64,000 nt of DNA from Spirochaetae bacterium HGW-Spirochaetae-1 (lineage in GTDB: Bacteria > Spirochaetota > UBA4802 > UBA5550): contig PGXY01000002.1 of the NCBI GenBank assembly GCA_002839375.1, positions 106,764-170,763 of the forward strand, read 5' to 3'. Shown here one piece after another: positions 29,175 through 39,900 of the stretch. Under the pieces are notes generated by a model. The model was given only the letters and a program-made list of their open reading frames with translations, had not been told where the DNA came from and made no database searches. The first letter of the stretch is position 1; every line of letters starts with the position of its first letter. The translations under genes and the position numbers were made by a program.

Positions 29175-29370
29175 TGGTTTCCTCCTTGACGAGGCCGAGG
29201 ATTTTATGTCTCATGGTCTCCTTTTTTAAAATATCGGTATTATACTATAAGTAATAAGCAAAATAATTAATATTGCTAATAAAGTTATGGGTGACTAATA
29301 AATTTTTTTCTGGTTTTTTATTTTTTAATTATACAGTATAGCCTGCGTTGGTTATAATTGCGCTTCTTAT

Positions 29371-31647
29371 ATGCGTGGTCAAGTGATGATTAAAGCAATT
29401 GCAACATATATTGGAAACAGAGCTGTCGGTAATGCGAGGCGATCATTTGCTCCTGTCCTGATCATGCTGGTAATGTTCCTTTCTTCCTGCGGTCACGGAG
29501 GGAATGTCCCGGAAGTTCGTAAGGGTGTGATTGATCTGCGGAACATCGATTTCAGGGAAAACAAGGATATTAAGCTCTCGGGGAGCTGGGAGTTTTTCTG
29601 GCAGAAGTTTCTCGTGACCGACGGTATGGATCCCGTAAATTCCTCACCTGACGGGCTAATTGACATCCCGGGAACCTGGAACGGATACAGGCTTCATGGA
29701 AAACGCCTCCCCGACCAGGGATTCGCATCATACAGGGCGACCCTGCTTTTACCGCCGGCAGGGGAGGAGTTTGCCATAAACCTCCTTTTTGCCATCTCTT
29801 CCAGCCGGGTATATGCTGCATATCCCGACGGATCGGTTGAGTTACTGGGAAAGGCCGGAAAGCCGGGTAAAACTGAGGAGGATACCCGTCCTCTCATGGG
29901 TTCGATCCTGGCTAAATTCAGGGGCGCCAATCGGGTAACGCTCATTTTTGAGGTGGCTGATTTCGGCACCAATATCGGCGGCTTGTGGACGGCGCCCTCG
30001 GTGGGACGTGCCGGGGACCTTACGCGGAATATCATGAATATCAGGTTCCGGGAGTTTTTTATTATAGGAGCCCTTACCATTTTCGGCTTTTTCCACATAT
30101 TATTTTTTCTTCTCCGCAGGGAAGAGAAGGCACCGCTCTGGCTCGGTATTTACTGCCTGCTCGTCGCCCTGTTATCGACATCCTACGGGAATCTCAGGCT
30201 GTTCGAGGAATTGTACCCTGATGCAAACTGTTTTGAGGCCCTTAACCGTGTAACGTTTCTGTGTATCTATCTCGGTTTCCCCATATTTCTGACTTTTTAT
30301 TACAAGGCTTTTCCCCGTTATTTCCCTGCCAGGATGATTTATGCTGTCTGGGGAATCTCTGTGCTGCTGACCCTGCCGGTGCTTTTTCTTAAGTCCTATT
30401 ATTTTTATAAAACGCTTATTGTGTATGACGCCCACATTATCATATTCGGTCTTTGGTTTGTTGTATTGATGATACGGGGTTTTTACCAGGACCGCAGCAG
30501 GCTGGCCTTCATCTCCTTCACAGGCCTGGCTGTAATTTTTGCCGTCTCGATTAATGATATTCTCATGGTTCACCGGGTTGTGAATACCGGGCTTTATTCT
30601 GGGTACGGTCTTTTCTTCCTGGTACTGACACAGGCATATATCGTATCATCACAGAATGCCTCGGCGCGAAGACGGGCGGAGAAGCTCTGGAAACAGCTCA
30701 TGCTTAAATCGGGTGAGCTGGAATCGGCCAACACCATGCTTACCGATCTCAATCTGAATCTTGAGCATAAGGTCGAGGGAAGAACCAGGGAGCTTCAGCA
30801 TGCCAAGGAGAAAATTGAAGCGGCCATGGAAGAGTTGGAATCGGTGAATGAACACCTCCTTTCAACCAACAGCCGTCTCGAACAGACCCAGAGAATTATA
30901 AAGGTTGACCTTTCCATGGCGGCAAACGTGCAGAAGAGTTTTTTTGTAAAGGACCCGCCCGCGATCCGCGATTGGGACATCGCTTTTGTTAATCAGCCCA
31001 TGGCCGATGTCTCAGGTGACTTCTATGATTTTTATACCGAGGAAGGCCGTCTTATGGGTATCTCGCTTTTTGACGTATCGGGCCATGGTGTTGCCTCGGG
31101 CCTCATCACCATGATAGGCAAGTCCCTGGCTTTCCGCCTTTTTATGGAAAACAGGGATAAACCTGCCGCTGATATTATGGGAATTTTTAATAAAAATCTC
31201 ATAAAGGAAATGGGGGCCATGGACAACTACCTCACGGGAGTGATGCTGAAGATCGACGGTGACTGCCTGGAGTATGTCAATGCAGCCCATCCAGACCTGC
31301 TTGTTCGAAAAGGGGGAAAGGATACAGTAGATATAATAAGAAAGTCCGATCATCCCGGGACAGGCGGATTCCTGGGCATCCCCATAATGAACAATGAGTT
31401 CGATATGCAGCGCGTTCCGGTTCAGAGCGGCGATTCTTTTCTTGTTTACAGCGATTGCCTGGTCGAAAATCAGAACCTGGGAGGGGAGCCATACGGTCTG
31501 GACAAGCTGGTAAGCGCTTTCGGGGCTGCTTCTCATGGTACGCCGGCCAGGGAGCAGCTTCAGTCAATCCTTGACGATTTTTATTTATACCTGCAAGGCA
31601 ACAAGCGTGCCGATGATCTTACAGCCGTGCTCCTCCGCAAGCTCTGA
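29371..31647 (+). CDS. 7TM-DISM sensor with coiled coil and PP2C/SpoIIE phosphatase
   Basis: GVIDLR...LSGSWEFFW extracellular domain, seven TM helices, SGDFYD, DVSGHGVASGL, YSDCLVE and DDLT. Confidence 0.9.
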   Translation: MRGQVMIKAIATYIGNRAVGNARRSFAPVLIMLVMFLSSCGHGGNVPEVRKGVIDLRNIDFRENKDIKLSGSWEFFWQKFLVTDGMDPVNSSPDGLIDIPGTWNGYRLHGKRLPDQGFASYRATLLLPPAGEEFAINLLFAISSSRVYAAYPDGSVELLGKAGKPGKTEEDTRPLMGSILAKFRGANRVTLIFEVADFGTNIGGLWTAPSVGRAGDLTRNIMNIRFREFFIIGALTIFGFFHILFFLLRREEKAPLWLGIYCLLVALLSTSYGNLRLFEELYPDANCFEALNRVTFLCIYLGFPIFLTFYYKAFPRYFPARMIYAVWGISVLLTLPVLFLKSYYFYKTLIVYDAHIIIFGLWFVVLMIRGFYQDRSRLAFISFTGLAVIFAVSINDILMVHRVVNTGLYSGYGLFFLVLTQAYIVSSQNASARRRAEKLWKQLMLKSGELESANTMLTDLNLNLEHKVEGRTRELQHAKEKIEAAMEELESVNEHLLSTNSRLEQTQRIIKVDLSMAANVQKSFFVKDPPAIRDWDIAFVNQPMADVSGDFYDFYTEEGRLMGISLFDVSGHGVASGLITMIGKSLAFRLFMENRDKPAADIMGIFNKNLIKEMGAMDNYLTGVMLKIDGDCLEYVNAAHPDLLVRKGGKDTVDIIRKSDHPGTGGFLGIPIMNNEFDMQRVPVQSGDSFLVYSDCLVENQNLGGEPYGLDKLVSAFGAASHGTPAREQLQSILDDFYLYLQGNKRADDLTAVLLRKL

Positions 31648-31649
31648 AA

Positions 31650-32843
31650 TTAATCCAGAGCCCTGAACAGTATTTTCTCCAGTACATCATCATCCAACTC
31701 AACGGGATTACCCTTCATGCTGCTGGATTTTTTTGACTGTGCCGTTATGGACGGAATATGAGCTTCTGTAACTCCCATGCTTCGCAACGACGGGATTTTC
31801 ATGGTTTCGCATATTGTATCAATCCATTCCACGAGGTCATGGGGGCCGGCTTCGGGTTCACCAATGAGTATGCAGGCAATTTCACGGAATTTTCCCATGG
31901 TGCGGGAATTTTCATGTTGAAGCTCCAGCGTCTCTATATTGGCTTTCATGACATGGGGGAGCAGGCAGGCACAGATGACGCCATGGGCTGCGGGAAACAT
32001 GCCTCCCAGCGGACCGGCAAAGCCATGTACGGCACCCAGTTTGGCGTTGGCGAGAGCCATGCCGCTGAAAAGACTTGCCAGGGCCATGCCTTCGCGGGCC
32101 TGCAGGTTGTCGCCGTCGGTATAGGCACAGAGCAGGGAAGCTGCGGCATGGTGCAGTCCTTCACGGCAGATGGCGTCGGTGATGGGACTGGCAGCAATGG
32201 AAACAAAGGCCTCGATTAGTTGTGTCAGTGCGTCCAGTCCAGTTGAGGCCGTGACTGAAGGCGGCATGGAAAGAGTAAGTTCAGGATCGACCACGGCGAA
32301 ACGGGGAAGCAGGTACGGACCTCGCATGCTTACCTTTACCTTATGGCGGATGGATGTTATTACGGCATTTCGTGTCACCTCGGTTCCTGTCCCTGCTGTC
32401 GTGGGAACGGCAATGAAAGGAGCCGGGGGGATGGCGGGCACCATTCCTTTCCCCACCACTTCGAGGTAGTCCGTTACTTCGCCCTTGTTGGTCATCATGG
32501 CTGCCACGGCCTTGCCTGTGTCAAGTACGCTGCCGCCGCCCATGGATATAACTATGGAACATCCCGCTCGGCTGGCCAGATCGTATCCCTGCATGATCGT
32601 TTCCGTTGATGGTTCAGCGCTTACGCTGAAGTTCGTAGTGATAATGCTGCGTTTTTTCAGCGATGACCGCAGTTGATCCGCCCGTTCCGGCCTGCTTCCC
32701 GTTATAAGCAGAACCGAATTTCCCATTTCTGCCGTAAGAGCGGGAATGCGGGAGGCGGTTCCCGTACCGAAGATTACAGTTCCCGCCGTACTGAAATCAA
32801 ATAGAATAGGACTGGCATGTATTTCCATGGGGTCCTTTACCAT
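31650..32843 (-). CDS. Iron-containing alcohol dehydrogenase
   Basis: [34 protein letters not shown] and HGVIC. The start may be ATG 32828. Confidence 0.9.
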   Translation of the reverse strand: MVKDPMEIHASPILFDFSTAGTVIFGTGTASRIPALTAEMGNSVLLITGSRPERADQLRSSLKKRSIITTNFSVSAEPSTETIMQGYDLASRAGCSIVISMGGGSVLDTGKAVAAMMTNKGEVTDYLEVVGKGMVPAIPPAPFIAVPTTAGTGTEVTRNAVITSIRHKVKVSMRGPYLLPRFAVVDPELTLSMPPSVTASTGLDALTQLIEAFVSIAASPITDAICREGLHHAAASLLCAYTDGDNLQAREGMALASLFSGMALANAKLGAVHGFAGPLGGMFPAAHGVICACLLPHVMKANIETLELQHENSRTMGKFREIACILIGEPEAGPHDLVEWIDTICETMKIPSLRSMGVTEAHIPSITAQSKKSSSMKGNPVELDDDVLEKILFRALD

Positions 32844-33142
32844 TTTTTGTCGTCGGGAAAGATGTTGATGTATTTTATTCCCGTTCTTGGTTCAGCCATC
32901 ATTCCATCTACCGCATCACGCCATATATTATAATGTGACGTTTCCTTGTGACGTGCCGGGGCGTCGTCATCCCTGTAAGCTTCAATGAGAATAAAGGATG
33001 ATGGATCATCGGCTTGCTGAATGACATCGAAGCGGGCAATTCCCTTTTCCAGCAGGCTGTTTTTGGCATTTTCACGGGTCGCCTCTATGAAGGCCCCGAT
33101 GCTGTCCGGCCTGACCTTTACATGAACCTGTACAATTAACAT
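32837..33142 (-). CDS. Antibiotic biosynthesis monooxygenase (LsrG-like) small protein
   Basis: [25 protein letters not shown] and HKETSHY. Confidence 0.85.
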   Translation of the reverse strand: MLIVQVHVKVRPDSIGAFIEATRENAKNSLLEKGIARFDVIQQADDPSSFILIEAYRDDDAPARHKETSHYNIWRDAVDGMMAEPRTGIKYINIFPDDKKW

Positions 33143-33266
33143 GGCATTTTCCTCAATTTATAATGTTCTTCATTTTACTGAATCATTACATTCATTCTGT
33201 CAATACTTTACCGGTTATACGCAATAAAGGCAATATTCTTTCGCAAAAAAAATCCTTAAAATTAAC

Positions 33267-33295
33267 TTGAATTTTATCAAAGGGAGGGGTAGAAT
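33267..33295 (+). promoter_or_regulatory. Sigma70-type promoter for the hybrid kinase gene
   Basis: TTGAAT (33267-33272), 17 bp, TAGAAT (33290-33295). Confidence 0.55.
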
Positions 33296-33335
33296 TTATT
33301 AAACATTCTTTTGGGCAAATGTGGAGGGGCTTTGA

Positions 33336-35549
33336 GTGTATAATAGATTCATGCGTTTTTTCCTGAAAAGTTTTGAGGATTCGGACTTCATGCTTCAGCA
33401 GAGGGCCCGGGTTTTGTTTGTGATTGTAATCTCATCCACAATCGCCCTGGTGGCCTTTTCGATATTCTTCATTGTCAGAGATCAGAGAGATCCCGGAATC
33501 ATACTGCCCTTCGTCGCTGCCATTGTCCTGATACTTGGGGCCCTGTTTTTTTTGAAAAAGGGTCATTTCAGCTTCTATGCCCATTTTTTACTCGTTGTCG
33601 CCCTTGTAGCAATATGGATGGTTAATTTTTTTGAATCGGGACCCCTGGTGCAAAGGATTGATTCCATCATCCTTGTTCTTGCCGTTCTGACCATGACACC
33701 GCTGGTTTTTATCAGGAAGGGCGGGGGCATTATTCTGTACTTTGCCCTGAATATGGTTCTGCTGCTGGTTTACTCCATCTATATTCAGATTACCTTCAAT
33801 CTCGAGAACAGCATCACCAGGGAGTTTATGCTGGATAACATCCTGGCCTTTTCACTGACCGGTGTGTTCTGCTACAGTATTTTTTCCATTTACAAGAGAT
33901 CTCTTGAAAAGGCCCAGAAGGCGGAGGAAGAGATCCAGGCCCAGTACGAGGAACTGGCCGCTACCAGCGAGGAACTGGAGGCCATGAACGATGAACTGAT
34001 CAAAGCCCACAACGACATCATGATATCCAACCAGAAGATCAACGAGGAAAGGGACCGCCTTGCTACAACACTGCGGTCCATCGGTGATGGTGTTATCACC
34101 CTTACATCGGAAGGGAATATTGAAACGATGAACAGGGCCGCAGAGGATATTCTGTGCCGAAGTTCAGGCGATTGCCGGGAGAAACATATCAACGAGGTTT
34201 TCAAGATTGTCAGTACAAGGGCTGAGCAGGCGCTGGACGATCCCATCGAGAAGGTTTTATGTGAGGGTGAACAGGTGGAGATGGAGGGCGATGTAATACT
34301 CATGTGCTGTGACGGTACCCGGAAAATGATTTCGGCCATAGCCACACCCCTGTATGATTCACTGAACAGGATTAATGGAGCCGTTATAGCCTTTCGTGAT
34401 ATAACCGAGAGAAAGAAAATGGAAGATGAGGTGCTCAAGGCATCGAAAATAGAATCGCTGGGCGTTTTTGCCGGGGGTATTGCCCATGATTTCAATAATC
34501 TTTTAACGGCAATTCTCGGCAGTGTTTCCATCGTGCGTCTGGATATGGAGGAGAAAAACCGGAACCGGGAATTTCTCCTCGATGCCGAAAGGGCATGCCT
34601 CAGGGCCAAGGATCTGACCCAGCAGCTCCTCACTTTTTCCAAGGGAGGAGCCCCTATTAAAACCATGGCATCGCTGAAAAATCTTATCAAGGATACTACG
34701 GCCTTCGTTCTTAGCGGATCAAGCGTGCAATGCGTCTATGATATCGATGAGCATTTATGGAATGCCGAGGTTGACCGGGGACAGATAAGCCAGGTAGTAC
34801 ATAACATGATTTTAAATGCCCGCCAGTCCATGATCGGTGGTGGAACTATCCGGGTGGTTGCCGTGAATGCAGTGATCGATGAAGAGAGTTCAATCCCCCT
34901 GCTACCCGGACATTACATCAGGGTGAGTATCAGTGATAGTGGTGACGGTATCAGGTCTGATATCATGAATAAAATATTTGAGCCTTTCTTTACGACAAAA
35001 ATGGAAGGTAACGGCCTGGGCCTTGCCGTAACTGCCAGTATCATCAAGAACCATAACGGTCATATAGCAGTACTCTCGGCACCGGGGGAGGGAGCCACTT
35101 TCGAGTTTTATCTTCCCGCTTCAATGGAAAAAGTCATGGAGGAAAAGGAAATCCTGACAACGAGTTCCTTCGATGGAGTAAGGATCCTTCTCATGGATGA
35201 TGATGAGATCGTGCTGCGGGTCGCCGAGCACATGCTCCAACGGCTGGGCTGTGAGGTGCAAACTTCGCGTGATGGTTCAAAGGCCATTGAATTATACCGT
35301 GGAAGCATCGAGTCTGGTCCCCGCTTCAAGGTTGTGATTATGGATCTTACCGTTCCCGGGGCCATGGGCGGCAAGGACGCCATGGTGGAACTTAAAAAGC
35401 TTGATCCGGATATTAGGGCTATTGTATCGAGCGGGTATGCCAATGATCCTGTCATGGCCAGGTTTCATGAGTATGGATTTTGCGGATATGTTATCAAGCC
35501 CTATAAAATTGAAGAACTGGGCAGGGCTATATTAAAAGCCTTGACGTAA
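33336..35549 (+). CDS. Hybrid sensor histidine kinase (6TM, PAS, HisKA, HATPase, receiver; CckA-like)
   Basis: GGIAHDFNNLLT, NMILNARQSM, DSGDGI, FEPFFTTK, GLGLA; receiver ILLMDDDE, IMDLTVPG and KPY. Confidence 0.92.
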   Translation: MYNRFMRFFLKSFEDSDFMLQQRARVLFVIVISSTIALVAFSIFFIVRDQRDPGIILPFVAAIVLILGALFFLKKGHFSFYAHFLLVVALVAIWMVNFFESGPLVQRIDSIILVLAVLTMTPLVFIRKGGGIILYFALNMVLLLVYSIYIQITFNLENSITREFMLDNILAFSLTGVFCYSIFSIYKRSLEKAQKAEEEIQAQYEELAATSEELEAMNDELIKAHNDIMISNQKINEERDRLATTLRSIGDGVITLTSEGNIETMNRAAEDILCRSSGDCREKHINEVFKIVSTRAEQALDDPIEKVLCEGEQVEMEGDVILMCCDGTRKMISAIATPLYDSLNRINGAVIAFRDITERKKMEDEVLKASKIESLGVFAGGIAHDFNNLLTAILGSVSIVRLDMEEKNRNREFLLDAERACLRAKDLTQQLLTFSKGGAPIKTMASLKNLIKDTTAFVLSGSSVQCVYDIDEHLWNAEVDRGQISQVVHNMILNARQSMIGGGTIRVVAVNAVIDEESSIPLLPGHYIRVSISDSGDGIRSDIMNKIFEPFFTTKMEGNGLGLAVTASIIKNHNGHIAVLSAPGEGATFEFYLPASMEKVMEEKEILTTSSFDGVRILLMDDDEIVLRVAEHMLQRLGCEVQTSRDGSKAIELYRGSIESGPRFKVVIMDLTVPGAMGGKDAMVELKKLDPDIRAIVSSGYANDPVMARFHEYGFCGYVIKPYKIEELGRAILKALT

Positions 35550-35568
35550 TCCCCGCGGCGTTCTAAAA

Positions 35569-36294
35569 ATGAACGGTTCGTGGGGTACAATGAAAAGAAT
35601 ATCTACCTTTATTACCGTATCCATCCTGTGTCTTGTTTCCCCGGGTGCCTTCCCCAGCAATGAAACGGCACTGGCTTCCTATACCACCTCCGTGGTGGAT
35701 CAATCAGAAGGTGTGAGACAGAATATCGCCATTGCCTGTGAAAGTCTGAACGGTCATGTGATCGTGGCAGACCAGGTTTTTTCCTTCAATGAACGCGTTG
35801 GTGAAGGATCGTCACAAAACGGGTACAGGGAAGGCTCCGTACTCTACCAGGACACCCTGGTCATGGAATCGGGCGGCGGGATATGCCAGGTCTCTTCAAC
35901 GCTCTTCAATGCCCTGCTCCTGGCGGGCTTCCAGATCGTGGAGAGACATCGTCATTATCAGCCCGTCACCTATGTTCCCCTCGGTCTTGACGCCACCATC
36001 AAGTACGGGAAAAAGGATCTGCGTATGAAAAATACCCTTACGGGGAACGTTACCCTGCGGGTCATCCTCAACGACAGGAGCCTTTCCATAATCGTCATGG
36101 GCGCGGGAAAACCGGCCTGCACCTATCTCGTCGAGACCGAAGAAGAGGAAAACGAGCTGCCTTTTTCCAGAGGGGATGTGAAAATAAGGCCTGGGATGTC
36201 AGTATACGTTTACCGGAAAAAAGTCGTGAATGAAAAAACCGTGGAGAGGCTTCTTCTCTATAAAGATTTTTATCCGCCGGTACGGACCCGATGA
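35569..36294 (+). CDS. VanW family protein, exported
   Basis: Signal peptide; FSFNERVG, GGGICQVSSTLFNA, ERHRHY, YVPLGLDATI and DLRMKN. Confidence 0.88.
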   Translation: MNGSWGTMKRISTFITVSILCLVSPGAFPSNETALASYTTSVVDQSEGVRQNIAIACESLNGHVIVADQVFSFNERVGEGSSQNGYREGSVLYQDTLVMESGGGICQVSSTLFNALLLAGFQIVERHRHYQPVTYVPLGLDATIKYGKKDLRMKNTLTGNVTLRVILNDRSLSIIVMGAGKPACTYLVETEEEENELPFSRGDVKIRPGMSVYVYRKKVVNEKTVERLLLYKDFYPPVRTR

Positions 36295-36905
36295 AACGAT
36301 TGGTCCGATTCGCGGTAATACTGTTTTTCATGTCGGCCTGCATCGGCGGCGGAAGGAATCTTCAGGCAGGCGATGATGATCCTCTTGTTCCATGGTCGGC
36401 CCTGGCCGGGACTGACACCGGGAGCCTTCTCATTACCTGGCTCGGCGATGAAGCGCGCCGGTACCTGACGGGCTCGCGGGAGCGAACGGCATTACCCGCT
36501 TCTCTTCCCGGTTTTTACGGCAGGCTCGGTCTTTTTATCACCATGATGAAGGACGGCAGGGTGCGGGGATGCTACGGTTCGTTTTTTCACGATTCTGACG
36601 ACGCAGCTGCAGTGCTCCGGACGTATCTTCACGGTGCGCTCCGGCATGATATGAGAAATGATCCTCTGGGAATTGAAGAACTCGGGGAAACCCGTATCAT
36701 CCTCACCGTGACGACACAACCCTTCCATGCCGATGACATTGAAACCGTCGATATCGCGCATTACGGGGTAATCGTTCTCACCGCGGGCGGAGAACAGCAT
36801 GTTTTCGTTCCCGCCGAGATGAAAACGCATGAATATCTCAGAAAAAGACTCAAGGACGTGCCTATTCAGTCGGTCCAGGCTTTCCGGGCCGTGACAATAA
36901 AGTGA
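36291..36905 (+). CDS. AMMECR1-domain protein with a lipoprotein signal
   Basis: GLFITMMKDGRVRGCYG (LRGCIG-like), ALRHDMRNDPL...EL, HYGVIV and VFVP; N-terminal FFMSAC lipobox. Confidence 0.78.
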   Translation: MKRLVRFAVILFFMSACIGGGRNLQAGDDDPLVPWSALAGTDTGSLLITWLGDEARRYLTGSRERTALPASLPGFYGRLGLFITMMKDGRVRGCYGSFFHDSDDAAAVLRTYLHGALRHDMRNDPLGIEELGETRIILTVTTQPFHADDIETVDIAHYGVIVLTAGGEQHVFVPAEMKTHEYLRKRLKDVPIQSVQAFRAVTIK

Positions 36906-36906
36906 A

Positions 36907-39900
36907 ATGAACGTGGGGAGGTTTACCATGAAACATATGGGTATCAAATCGTTTGTCCTGTTGATGGTCTCATTTATGCTGGCCTGCTCTTCTGCGGGAG
37001 TAAAAAAGCTTGATGACGGCAGGAGCGTCTACAGCGGCGGGTCCTTAAAGGAGGTGTCGCGCGATGCGGTTATTGAGGGACATGTGTACGACCGGAAAAC
37101 GGAAAAGGCCGTACCAGGGGCCCGCGTGGAGATCAAGAACGCCAATATGGGCATCGGTTATTATCTGGTTGAAACCTCAGGGCGGGGATATTATTCCATC
37201 AAGGACTTCATTCCCCATGTTCAGTACATCATGGAAATCTCGGCCGAGGGATATGTCACCTATACATCGACGGGACATATCAATCCCGGCGAACAGGATA
37301 TTTACCTCGATCCCGAAGCGGTTCTGGCGGGCACTATCACCGACTCAACGGGCAGGCCTATTTCCGGCGTGGAGGTCAAACTGCAGAACAGCGATTACAG
37401 CGATGACGGCCGCGAGAACAGGCCGCAGTTCAGTACGACGGGCAGCGATGGAAAATACCGCTTTATCAAACTTGTCCAGGGAAGCTACAGCCTGGCCTTC
37501 TCCGGCAGCGGGTACATCACTGAAACTGCCAGGCTGCAACGTCTTAAGCAGGGGGAAACCTTCAAGCTCGATATGAAGATGTTCCGGCCCGCATCGATCG
37601 CCGGGACCGTGATGATAAAGGATCTGGACGTACCGGCTCAGAATATTTCCGTGATAGCCACGGGGAGAAACAATCATTCCGCCGTCACCTACCAGGACGG
37701 CACGTGGCGACTCGATGAAATGAAACCGGGAACCTATGAACTCAATGTGTCTCACAAGGGATTTTATGATCTGACGAAAAGAAAGATTGTTCTCAATGAG
37801 GGTGAGGAAAAGAAGGATGTGGGTTTTGTCGTGGAGGCCAAAAGACCGGAAGCGCAGGTGTATGCATACCGGTATACTTTCGCGCCGGGAAACAAACTGG
37901 AATTCAACCTGAGGACATTCCGCCTTGAATCGGTGACGGCAACGGTATATCGTGTGCCCATGGCCGTTTTCCTGAAAGGAAAGGGAGAACCGGACCTCAT
38001 GAATCCCCCGGCGGAAGGTTTTGCCGTCGTGACGAAATGGGAGGAACCCATACTTAATTTTGAACCATTCCAGTGGCGTTACCAGAATCTTTCCATAAAA
38101 GATCCCCTGGCATCGGGAGGCTACTGCATCGAGGTAAAGGGCGCCGGGAAAGTGATAAGCCGCAAATTTTTTACCGTTACCTCCGTGGGGACCGTGGTCA
38201 AGAGGTCGCAGAATACGGTTTTTGTCTATGCCACGAATCTTGTCGATAACGGGCCTGAGAAAGACGCTTCCGTGGTCATCTTTGACGCCACGGAGGAAAT
38301 CAAGGCCAAAAAAAGGGCGGGGCAGTCTTTTACGGCGCCGCAGCGGATTGAAGATCTTCCCGTGAGCATTGTGCACCAGGGTAAAACCAATAAAGACGGC
38401 ATATACCGGTACGGAGTTAAATCGGGCAGGTATCTCAGCGTCCTGGTTATCTCCCGTGACGGAAGTTATGCCATCTGTAATACGGGATCGCCATCGACTT
38501 TTCAGCGGGAGAAATATAAGTATTTTATCTACACGGACCGTCCCGTATACCGCTCCGGTGATACGGTTTATTACAAGATAATTGGCAAGGAGCGCAAAGA
38601 ACTTTTCATTCCCATTGAGGGAAAAAATCTTTTCTATAAAATCATAAACACCGACACGGACCAGGCAGTCCGGCAGGGAACCATCAAGCTTGATGAATGG
38701 GGTACGGCACAGGGAAAAATTACTATAGAGGAAACATTCGGGCTGGGCACCTACGAAGTACGTGCGGGACCGACGGAAAAAGATCTCTATGCCAGCGGTA
38801 TTTTTTATGTGGAGCAGTACCGGAAACCGGAATATGCCGTTGAAGTGACGCCGTCGCAGGAGTATTTCATCAACGGTGATGAACTGGAATTTAAAGTTGA
38901 GGCCAAGTATTTTTTCGGCGCACCTGTCAGGGGTGGGCTGGTGCGGTATCGTTTTTACGAGAACAAGCTGAACGATGCGGACAACCAGTATTGGTTTGAC
39001 GGTGAATCGGGGGATTCCGGTTCATACAACCGGCTCAGGCTCGACGGCGAAAAATATCTCGATGAAAACGGTATTGCATCCCTGAAGCTTTTTTCGGGAA
39101 ATTTTCCCTATGACCGGGAAGTCACTCTCGAAGCAACGGTCATCGATGAATCAAATGTGAGCATTACATCACAGAAAACCATACGCGTAGGCCGAGGGGA
39201 GTTTTACATAAAAATTAATCCCAGGCAGAATTTCTTCGCTTCGGGTGATAAAAAGGAAGTTGCCATTAAAACAATGACACAAACCGGGAAGCCCATCAGC
39301 GCCAACGTGAAGGTGGAGCTCTACCGGTATATCTGGAAACCCTATCAGCGTGTCTATGTCCATGAATCGCGTCCCCGTTTTTCCGAAAGGGTCACCACGA
39401 ACAGCAAGGGCGAGGCATCGATCGAGCTTCCGGCCCGCTTTGCCGAGTCGGGAGAGTATGATATAATAACCTCCAGCTTTGACCGGAGGAGCAACAAAAT
39501 CGAGGCTTCGCGCATCATCCTGGTTTATAATCCCTCGGGAGGGGAGGTTTCATCGCGTTTCAGAAATCTGGAACTTTCCGTGAGCGATACGGTTTTTGAA
39601 AAACCGGGAGAGGTTACCTGTCTCATAAAAAGCCGATTCAGCGATGCCTATGTCTGTGTCACCCTGGAGGGGAGGGATATCTACTATTCCCGTGTCGTTA
39701 AGATGACGGGCAATATCACGCCCGTTACCATTCCCGTCAGGGAGGAATACGCGCCAAACTTTTATATAAATGCCGTTATGCAGCGCAAGCGGGCGCTGTA
39801 TACGGTTTCCGAGAATATTTCCATTCCGGTGAAGGAAACCACGCTGAAGGTTTCAATCACACCGAAAAAGGAGGTCTACCTCCCGGGAGATACGGCCGAG

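Noticed and set aside
37345-38376. 343-aa antisense ORF within the A2M gene
   Set aside because: Shadow frame with no RBS or family signature.
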